A stretch of DNA of 64,000 bases from Octopus sinensis (lineage: Eukaryota): NCBI RefSeq assembly GCF_006345805.1, contig NC_043013.1, forward strand, positions 32,550,001-32,614,000, written 5' to 3'. The notes beneath the pieces were generated by a model, which had not been told where the DNA came from, made no database searches, and worked only from the letters and a program-made list of their open reading frames with translations. The translations under genes and the position numbers were made by a program. Shown here piece by piece: positions 12,501 to 21,589 of this stretch (positions within the stretch are counted from its first letter, which is position 1; each line of letters begins with the position of its first letter).

Positions 12501-12601
12501 ACAACTGACTGAGTACCAAGTCTTGCAAAAGCTGATTTTGTAGAAAGGGATGACACTGAACTAAGGTCTAAGTTACGTCCATTATCATTGCTCAGGAACA
12601 A
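6542..12601 (-). CDS. KIAA0586: TALPID3 (KIAA0586) centriolar/ciliogenesis protein homologue, single giant coding exon; true start uncertain (first in-frame ATG at 12421)
   Basis: 2019-codon ORF. [16 protein letters not shown]..LEAQL resembles human [65 protein letters not shown] resembles the conserved TALPID3 core [27 protein letters not shown]. Coiled-coil stretches and acidic S[DP]G[EQ] motifs near the C-terminus. The frame is open up to 12691; the track's start at 12601 is TTG. Confidence 0.88.
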   Translation of the reverse strand: [2019 protein letters not shown]

Positions 12602-14246
12602 ATATCGTTCCGTATCCTTATGTGAATGTCCTTTCGCTTTTGGATTCTTTTGCAGGTTTGTGCCTGAGGCGCACTTTTTGAAGTCTTTTGATTACCATGA
12701 GAAGTTCTACCACGAGATTCTCTAACCACTTGAATGGCTAGCTGACCATGATCACTTTTAACAGATGGCATCTTGTAAAATTAAGATAGTAATAACAATC
12801 TTTTCAAATATATTACTTTTGTTAATAGGTTCCGGCCATGCTGGAGTGAATACATAAGTCGTATAGGATTATAAAAGAATATGTTTCAAATTTATGTGGA
12901 ACCCGAATATTTTATAGATTTTTTGACGCGGCATAAGTTGCGCATTAAGGATTTCGGCAAAAGGCCGAGGATTTTCGAAACAAAATGGATTTCAGATTAA
13001 AATGAGTTCCATGCCTACGCTGTGTCAAGGGTTATAAACGAAAAATGAATGAAAAGAAATTATTAAAACCTGTGTTCGAACGAATCCGAGCATCGTAGTT
13101 TCGTAGACACAATACAGCGCCAGTTAAGATGTAAACATTAACTTTCCACTTATTTGTCTTGTTTTCGTTGGATTCGGTACAAGACGAACAGATTAAAGAA
13201 AAGACGAGATTTAGATCAACTAAATCGCCTCTTCAGTATATATCACTGATAACTTTATTTTAATGGAACGGCAGAAGGATTTGTCCAGAATTACGGAAAT
13301 CTGAATGTTCCATATTCGTGCGAAAAAAAACAAAGTTTTCTTCGTAACTTCGGAAGCAAAGAAGAAAAAGACAAAAGGCGGAAATAATTTTGTTTTCAAG
13401 CCTGGAATTATCGAAGAGGCTTTGTTGCTATGAATATTTATACATAAACAAACTTAATCCAATTCTCAATGAACCGATGTATAACAGGATTTAAGTTCTT
13501 GTTAATTTTTGGGTTTTTGTTTTTTTAAATGCTTTACGGAATATTTTGTTTTCATTCGTTTTGCTTTTTATAAGAAATTAATAAATTATCAAACATACCA
13601 TTAGAGAGTCAATCATTATCCAAAATGTTCAGATAATTGAAATAGGGTGAACTGGAGAGGGTTTACAAGTAGTGTAATGATGGAGCGATGGCATTGTTCT
13701 TGGTGTGGTGGTGGTGTGTTGATGATAATAACGTAGAAAGTTTGGAGACATTTCTAACAAATAAACCAGAAACACAGGCGTCCTAATTAAAAAAAAAAAA
13801 AGTTTCCAAATTTCAGGATTTTTGTTGAATTACAATAGAGATAGTTGCTAGAAAATAAGCAGTGCGATAGAGTTGTTGGAAAATAAATAGATCTATGTAT
13901 TAATTTGAAAATATATCATGCATGTCTGCTTGCGATTCGTTCTTAAGAAAAGCAAAATTCACGTAGCAACTATATTATCGTATTTACCCCACACTACTCG
14001 TTTCTATATTCGTGATGGGAACAAAGAAGGGATATGTTTTAACTTGTTCAATAGGTGTGTGTGCTCGCACTAACTGATACTATCATTATTATTATTAACA
14101 ACATTAATAATGCTTGTGGAACTGCTGTAGCTAAGGTCTCTACTTTAAATAAAAAAAAAAAAAGAAACAGTAATAGTAGTAGCAGTAGTATTAGTAGTTG
14201 CGGTAACAAACAACAAACTGTTGTGGTTAGTAACCAACAGACTTAC

Positions 14247-14380
14247 CTCCATTCCAAGCGCTCCTTTTTACACATAAACCAGTTTCTACCCGGCTTTACA
14301 ATCACAAATTTTGAAATTATCGATTTTTGCCTGCCTTGTTTTGTAATGTCATGTAATTTATTTGCTCTTGTGGCTTCGGA
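14247..14380 (-). other. KIAA0586: Putative 5' exon of TALPID3
   Basis: Consensus donor GAG|GTAAGT at 14247/14246 and a plausible acceptor TTTTACAAG|ATG at 12772/12771. The upstream boundary is a guess. Confidence 0.45.
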
Positions 14381-14829
14381 GCAACAAACATTATTAAAAG
14401 ATTGAAATTAAAGTATATGTCGATATTTTTCAAGTGCATAAGCGGGCCTTAATTCAACAATTATATAATATTTTACTATAATTATATTATTATTTATTAT
14501 TACAATATTATATTATATTTATCATATGATATTGTATTTATTATATTGTATTATATTATATTATATTATATTATATTAAGTCATATTATATTTTAAAATA
14601 ATTGTTACTTTCCTCTCTAGAATAATAAGCAATAACTATGTAGGATCTTTTCAAAAAGATCCACTATGTATAACATTCTAACGAAAACAATTTTTCTGGT
14701 TTTATTTTTGTTAATTATAGTTAAGTTTCAATCTTTATTACCACCAAAAGACTACATAAAACTGGAGACAACAAAACGTACAATAAATATCGCTTACAAC
14801 CTTGAAAAATATTGTTTCGTAAATAATAT

Positions 14830-14843
14830 GTGGTCATAGCAAC
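14830..14843 (-). promoter_or_regulatory. Candidate RFX X-box
   Basis: GTTGCTATGACCAC on the minus strand, one mismatch to RTHNYYWTRRNRAC, ~460 bp upstream of the putative TALPID3 5' exon. Confidence 0.35.
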
Positions 14844-14869
14844 GGTCAGTTTCGAAAGTGCAATAATTC

Positions 14870-14951
14870 TATCCATCCATCCATCCATCCATTCGATCTA
14901 TTTGTCGATCTATCTATCTATCAATCTATCTATCTATCTATCTATATATCC

Positions 14952-15005
<54 letters not shown>

Positions 15006-15088
15006 CTATCCATCTATCTATCAATATATCTATCTATCTACCTACCTACCTACTTACCTATCAACCTATCTATCTATCTATCTATCTG
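14870..15088. repeat. (ATCT)n/(ATCC)n tetranucleotide microsatellite
   Basis: Directly visible. Reverse-type (GATG/GACG/GATA)n at 15288-15406. Confidence 0.95.
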
Positions 15089-15486
15089 ATTGCGACCATG
15101 CTGGGGCACCGTTTTGAAAGGGTTTTTTTTTAGTCGACCGAATTGTTTTTTAAAGCCTGTTACTTATTCTATCGGTCACTTATGCCGAACCGTTAAGTTA
15201 CGTGGGTGTAAACAAATCAGTGCCAATGATAGGAGGACAAATACAAAGGCATAGATAAACACACACACACACACACACACAGAGGCAGATGGATGGATGG
15301 ACAGACGGATGGACGGATAGACGGAGGGACGGATGGATGGATGGACAGACGGACGGATAGACAGAGGGACGGATGGACATATAGACAGACAGACAGATAG
15401 ATAGATTAAAAAACATGCTTTTTTTTTTTTTTAGTTTCAGCTCAGAGCTGCAGCCATGCTGATGCATCGCCGTTTGAAAGATCACA

Positions 15487-15578
15487 CGCCCGCAGAGGGA
15501 TTCGAACCCGCGACCCTCAGATTACTTCTAAGGTTGACCTATAAAAGTCTGATGCTCTACCGACTGAGCTATGCGGGC
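15487..15578 (-). tRNA. tRNA-Lys-TTT: tRNA-Lys (anticodon UUU) with a 19-nt canonical intron (15523-15541)
   Basis: Minus strand reads GCCCGCA TA GCTC AGTCGGTA GAGC A TCAGA CT TTT A [TAGGTCAACCTTAGAAGTA] A TCTGA GGGTC GCGGG TTCGAAT CCCTC TGCGGGC G. Perfect 7-bp acceptor stem, intact D and anticodon stems, A and B boxes, G73 discriminator, intron between positions 37 and 38. One C50-U64 mismatch in the T stem. Confidence 0.95.
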
Positions 15579-16168
15579 GGACATGCTTATGCATGTTTGC
15601 ATATATATGTATGATGTATGTGTACTTGTATATGTATATGTATATATGTGCATGTATATATGCATATGTGAGAGAGATTTTGTGTGTGTGTGTGTGTGTG
15701 CTTGCTTGTAGCCTTAATTAGACATCGCACTGGCTGTGAATGAGCATCATCTTCAGTGCAAACAAGGTTGTCTGTTTCCAGTCTTCTGCAGAAAAAAACA
15801 TGCCTGGGCATGGAAAAAATATTGCCTTATTTGGAAACAGGTGAGGGTTGATGACAGGAAAGGCACCTGCCTGTAGAAAATCTACTTGAATCAAATTCCA
15901 TCAGATCCACGCAAACATGGAAGAGTGGACGTTAAATGGTGATGATGATGATGATGATCAGAATTGTCATCAAATTCATTGCATTCCTATGGGCTGACTG
16001 CATGTGTTGTGTTTACCAAGACTCCTCAAACCCTGTGCTTCTCAACCATTTTTTGTCCTAATTTTGATACCTATTTAATTCAAATCAATCCCCATAGTCA
16101 TTCAAGATTTAAAATATTTTATTCTATTCTTAGAATTACATGTTATAAAGAATTTTATTAAAATAATA

Positions 16169-16210
<42 letters not shown>

Positions 16211-16213
<3 letters not shown>

Positions 16214-17143
16214 CCCAAAGAGAGCGAATAATGCAGATGTTGACAAAGCCTTGACCCATCAATGGCTAATGGCCTCTGGCTTAAAATCTGAAACAGAAGG
16301 GTTTATCATAGCAGCTCAAGATCAATGCCTACCAACAAGAAACTACCAGGCCAACATATTAAAGAATGGCAGTAGCCCAACATGTCATGTATGTCAACAA
16401 CAAAATGAAGCCATTGATCATGTTGTCTCCAAGTGCAGTCTTCTAGCACCTACAGAGTATCTCAACAGGCATGATAGAGCTGCACAATATATTCACTGGG
16501 TAATCTGCAAAAACCTGGATTTGCCCCATGAAAAAAACTGGTGGGAACACAAACCACCTCCAGTGCTTGAAAATGACCACATCTCGCTCCTCTGGAACTT
16601 CCCTATTCAAACGGACAGAAAGATAGATGCAAATAGGCCAGACATCATATTGAAAGACTTCAGACAAAGAACATGCCTCCTCATTGATATGACTGTCCCA
16701 ATCGATATAAACGTATCTGTCAAGACCTACCAAAAACTGAGCAAATATAAAGATCTTGAAATAGAAATCAGCAAAATGTGGAACCTGAAAACTAAAACAA
16801 TACCTGTTGTCATAGGTGCCCTGGGAATGATAGCGAAAGGGGCTGATTGCTACCTAACTTAGATACCAGGAAACCACAAAATGGCAGAAATTCAAAAGAT
16901 AGTGCTCATGGGAACTGCTCATATCCTATGCAAAATACTTTCTATGTAATCTCAGAGTTTAAAACAAACATAATTTTCGTTTTTTTTTTTTTTTGGACAT
17001 TCACTAGTACAACACCAAAAAAAAACCCCAAATATATGGCACACTAGGCATAACAACATGAACTTTCAACCTGTTATCTCTTGAGGTCTCTGGGTGAGAC
17101 CTGGAGCCAACTTGTACAAATATAAAGCAAAAGTCAAACATAG
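16211..17143 (+). mobile_element. 5'-truncated Dong/R4-clade non-LTR retrotransposon (CCHC finger + restriction-like endonuclease + 3' UTR)
   Basis: ORF 16251-16862: C..C........H....C finger, RHD motif, LLWNFPIQTD..I.ANRPDII..D....CLLID and K..KY.DL (PD-(D/E)xK REL domain). A premature TAG at 16860 is followed by in-frame IPGNHKMAEIQKIVLMGTAHIL. (AAT)n flanks both ends. Confidence 0.9.
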
Positions 17144-17154
17144 AATAATAATAA

Positions 17155-17575
17155 TAATCTCTTTTATCTCTTTTACTTGTTTCAGTCATTTGACTGCAGC
17201 CATGCTGGAGCACTGCCTATAGTCGGGCAAATCGACCCCAGGACTTATTCTTTGGAAGCCTAGTACTTATTTTATGGGTCTCTTTTGCCAAACTGCTAAG
17301 TGACAGGGATGTAAACACACCACCATCAGTTGTCAAGTGATGTTGGGGGGACAAACACAGACACACAAACATAGACACACACATACGTGTATATATATAT
17401 TTATATGACAGGCTTCTTTCAGTTTCCGTCTACTAAATCCACTCACAAGGCTTTGGTTGGCCTGAGGCTATAGTAGAAGACACTTGCCCAAGGTGCCATG
17501 CAATGGGAATGTACCCAGAACCATGTGGTTAGTAAGCAAGCTACTTACCACACAGCCACTCCTGTGCCTTATGAT
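17155..17575 (-). mobile_element. tRNA-derived SINE (family B, OR-like)
   Basis: The minus strand has the head GTGGCTGTGTGGTAAGTAGCTTGCTTAC..ATGGTTC and the tail ..CAGCATGGCTGCAGTCAAATGACTGAAACAAGTAAAAG. Copies at 22894-23290, 44950-45300, ~36930-37120 and (+) 39220-39490. Confidence 0.85.
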
Positions 17576-17603
17576 AATAATAATAATAATAATAATAATG
17601 ATG

Positions 17604-17650
<47 letters not shown>

Positions 17651-17730
17651 TGGTGTATTGCAGAAGTAAAACCAGTTTATTCCACATGAATTTTAACAGC
17701 AGAATCTTATATGGACCCTGAGGTCCATTG

Positions 17731-18099
17731 CTTTAGACCAAGGATTCTCAACCATTTTTCTTATCTATGGACCCCTTTGATTACTATTTTATTCTGGTGG
17801 ACCCCTATAGCCATTCAAGGTTTAAAAACTAGTTTTATAGAAACTTCTTTCAAAATTCCTATTTTGTTTTTCACACATTAACTTGTGTTGGTTGAACTAT
17901 GTAAAGTGTTAGAGAAAGAAACCTGGCTGTTTCTTGCAATAAATACCAATACATACATCTAAAGCAAAAAAAATTTTCAGGGGCCCTTAAAATACTAATA
18001 CGGATCACCAATTTACTACTTTGTTGCGTGGAACCCCAAAAATCTAATTTGGATCCTCAAGGGCTATATGAACCCCAGTTGAGAACCCCTGCTCCAGAC
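17731..18099. mobile_element. hAT (Charlie-like) MITE
   Basis: TIRs CAAGGATTCTCAAC / GTTGAGAACCCCTG with a degenerate 8-bp TSD (ctttagac / ctccagac). Related pieces at ~19270-19400 and 25030-25255. Confidence 0.7.
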
Positions 18100-18349
18100 A
18101 TTCACTTTTTTTTAAGAACAGCATCAGCACTTACGGGTTTCATACTATAAATGCAGACTCTTTAAAGATCTTACTAAGTTATTAAGTAAATGAGCCGTTC
18201 TGGCTCAGTCGTTTTGGTTGGTGTTGCTGGTTTGATGCTGTCTTATTTGACATCAGACGTTTTAATTCCCCTTTCTCTCTCAAACAAACCAACACCGGTT
18301 GTCAAGTATGGGTGAGGCTAGACAGACACAAACACACACAAGTATATAT

Positions 18350-18397
<48 letters not shown>

Positions 18398-18728
18398 CAT
18401 ACATACATATACATAGTGTTAATAAAATAGATGGAATGGGTAAAAGATTTGTTCCTTGACTAAAATACATTTGTATTCGTTTTGCCAAGCAGGTACTCAT
18501 AGCCCAATCGTTTCAAAAACCGTAATGGATGGATTACACAGATATAAAGGTGAAACAACGACCAACAACAACAGAAGATCATTTCACATTATGCCTTTTA
18601 TATAATTTGATCGTTCTACAGATGAGAAAAAAAAAAAAAAACTCTTACGGAGAAACAAGGGAGGCAACATTATATTGTTGTTGTCTCCCTTTTTCTCAAA
18701 ACCATTCAGTTTGCATTTTGTCTTTTAG

Positions 18729-18853
18729 GATTGGAAAAACGGGAGTGGGTGGTGTCAAAAGGACTGGCATGTGCAACCTGATTACTTCTGCCAGTCAAAC
18801 TCCCGACTCGTGCGTTCACGTCACGACACTGATACTGCGAAATTAAGTTGGAT
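18729..18853 (+). CDS. Candidate exon of an unidentified plus-strand spliced transcript
   Basis: Strong acceptor ttttgtcttttag and donor GAT|GTGAGT. Open in phase 0 (DWKNGSGWCQKDWHVQPDYF...). No homologue recognised. Confidence 0.35.
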
Positions 18854-19839
18854 GTGAGTAATCGCTTTCTGAGAGACTGTATTAACCATTTGCTTACTTG
18901 CCATTTTTCAATCAATTCTTAAATAAACTTCCCATTATTTTTAAAGACTTTTCATTTTTTTTTTAAATGTGGAGGTTCGAGAATAGACCCGAATGAAATC
19001 AGGTCAAAAAGCTAGTGTTTCATAATTGTAAAGCAGGAGCTAAAAATAAAACATTTTCCTTTCGTTGCTGTAATTCTGTTGCTAAATACAATTTTATATA
19101 TCTTCCACAAGAGCAACGGATGAAGAGCATAACTACTTAGGGATTTTTTGTATTTATACAATATTTTGAATTATATGGACTATTTTGTAGCCAAATGAAG
19201 CATTGATTGCAACACACTCATGGAATAAATCTGAAAAGAAAGAGAACTTTGAAGAAGGTTAGGGTCTACATCAGGGGTTCTCAACCGGGGTCCATATGGC
19301 CCCTGAGAGTCCATATAAAATTTTTTTTTGGGGGGGGGGTTTCACATAATAAGATAGTAAATAAGGGATCCGACAGCATTTTAAGGGCCCATAAAAAAAT
19401 TCTGCTTTAGCTGTATGTAGTGGTATGTATTGCAAAAAACCAAGAAACAGCCAGGTTTCTTTCTCTAACATTTTTACATAATTCAACATACACAAGTTAA
19501 TGTGTGAAAAACAAAATAGGAATTTTGAAAGAAGTTTATTTACAAATTGACATTTCAAATGTTACTTTACGAAAAGCTATTATGCTGAATACCAGAAATA
19601 GCTAATGTATGAGAATGTATGCTTGGTTAGAAGAGAAAATGTTTATGCCTTCATGCTTGGTGAGAAGAAACCTTTTTAACTTGAGGGCAGAGTGGCAACC
19701 TACAGATTAACTAAGAAAACTTCTCCAAATCCTCTGGTCTGTATTTCCAATGCAACTTGATTTATAACAACCATGATTTGGCATGAAACTGTATGGAATT
19801 TTCCATTAATTTTTGACACCACACAAATGCATCTGAACA

Positions 19840-20010
19840 ACAATTGGTTGAAATATGGACCAAGAACACCTGATAAGTTCAGTCTCCACCAAAAATAGAA
19901 ACTTGATATGGGATTTTCCTATTCAAATGAATAAGAAGCAAGGAAATAAAAAACCAAACATAACAATAATAGACAAGGCAAAGCAAAGTTGCTTACCAAT
20001 TGATTCACCA
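19840..20010 (+). mobile_element. Decayed Dong/R4 REL-endonuclease fragment
   Basis: LIWDFPIQMNKK...KPNITIIDKAKQSCLPID parallels LLWNFPIQTDRK..RPDIILKD..RTCLLID of the 16.2-kb element. Confidence 0.7.
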
Positions 20011-20949
20011 TATCTGTTAACATCCCTTTTCAGGTTGGCATCAGTTGGTTGTGTAGACACTGGTGTTCTCTTGACATGTGCTTGCATATGGACTTTGGGC
20101 TTTGTTTCCATGGCTAGATGTTCTTCTTATTACCAACCACTTTACAGAATACCCTGGTTGTATTTTCTCATGGCACCAGCACTAGAGAGGTTGATAAGTC
20201 CTTGGCAAGACAGAACTAAAGAAACCTTATGACTTTACACTTTCTCCACTGATTTACCATTCACTTTACTGGGTGTGCTGAGTATATTTTTTTAATAACC
20301 CCAGTACTAGAGAGGTTGTCAAGTCTTCAGTGAGGTAGAACTAAAGAACATCTCAAACCTACTTACCTCTTTAGTCATGAGTGACAGATACAATATTGGT
20401 TCAGAAAAGGATTCTGCATATCTAACTTAATGTGGATATACCAAAGAAAGCCAGAAAACTGTGGTATTCATCCTGAGAAAGCTTCTTGTATAGATGTATA
20501 GTCAGGGCCAAATTAAGACCCATCGATTTTGGTGCCCCCATAAAATATTATGTAATTCAAAATATAAACAATAACAAACCTTAAAATAAATTTTTAGTTT
20601 TCAAAATGAAACAAAACAGTAAGAGGAAAAATAATATTTATTTTTGTATACTTCCAGTTTATTCATATTTGAAAAGTTTCCTCCTAGGTTTTTGAATTGC
20701 AAAGTTTTCAATCAGATCCTCAAAATTAATCTTAGGTAACACATCTGCATCTATACTAAACAGAAACAAAGGCATACCAAATATTATTTTAGCAAGTTTA
20801 AAGAGATTTCTTTTGTGCCATAAACCATTTACCATATCGGTTGTGCCCCCTCATTCTCTTGATGCCTTAAGCACATATTTTGCTTAATGGTTAATCCAGT
20901 GCTGTGTATAGTGTTAAAAAGCACAGAAATATATTTATCAAAACAGGTG

Positions 20950-21440
20950 AAAAGCATCCAAGAGGAGTGGTAGAATTGATAAATCTAGATTTCTGTGTCT
21001 TTGCATATCATTTATGGCAAATATCCATTATCAGCTACATGCTTAAACAAATTTAGCCTCTACTGATACAGAAAAACAGTGATTAACAAAGCATTGATGT
21101 AGCAAATAGTTGGCAGGTTGAATCAAAATTCAAAATTAACGACAGAACCAGTCCTCAAGATTTAATGTCCATTTACCAAGCTGGCATGAGTTGGACAATA
21201 ATAACCAGAAGTGACAATAGTGATGTAGCAAAATTTCATAAAAAGAAAATAAAGAAATCCTTCATTATGTCACGCTGACAGGTACCAACAGGTATAGTAA
21301 ATTCTAGTGGTGAATTAAGTATTTCAGAAATAGGTACTAAAGTACATGATTTCAATGTACCAGCAATGAACACTACTGAGAAGGCAATTCCATGGCTTAT
21401 ATGTCAACATATGATAGCCATAACAGTTATATATGAGCAA
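20950..21440 (-). mobile_element. Decayed LINE reverse-transcriptase fragment
   Basis: Minus-frame HGIAFSVV...LNSPLEFTIPVGTCQRDIMKDFFIF resembles the RT G-x-x-Q-G-x-x-L-S-P region. Stop codons present. Confidence 0.45.
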
Positions 21441-21519
21441 TACAATAATTCTTCATGGTTAATGAGCTGTAGAGAAAGAAACAATGATGTAGTGGCATTG
21501 TTCCTGTGAATTTACTCAG

Positions 21520-21589
21520 ACTATACAAGCCAGTTCCTTTTGAGAAGAGCCATTTGACTTTACCTCTAATTCAACTGAAGTTCATCTGG
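21520..21589 (+). CDS. Candidate 70-nt exon of the same plus-strand transcript
   Basis: tttactcag acceptor and TGG|GTAAGA donor. Phase 2 in, phase 0 out, compatible with the neighbouring candidate exons. Confidence 0.3.

Noticed and set aside
12670-12690. Programmed -1 frameshift joining the upstream ORF to TALPID3
   Set aside because: The sequence TCA AAA AGT does not form an X XXY YYZ heptamer and no clear downstream pseudoknot is seen. An indel or small intron is more parsimonious.
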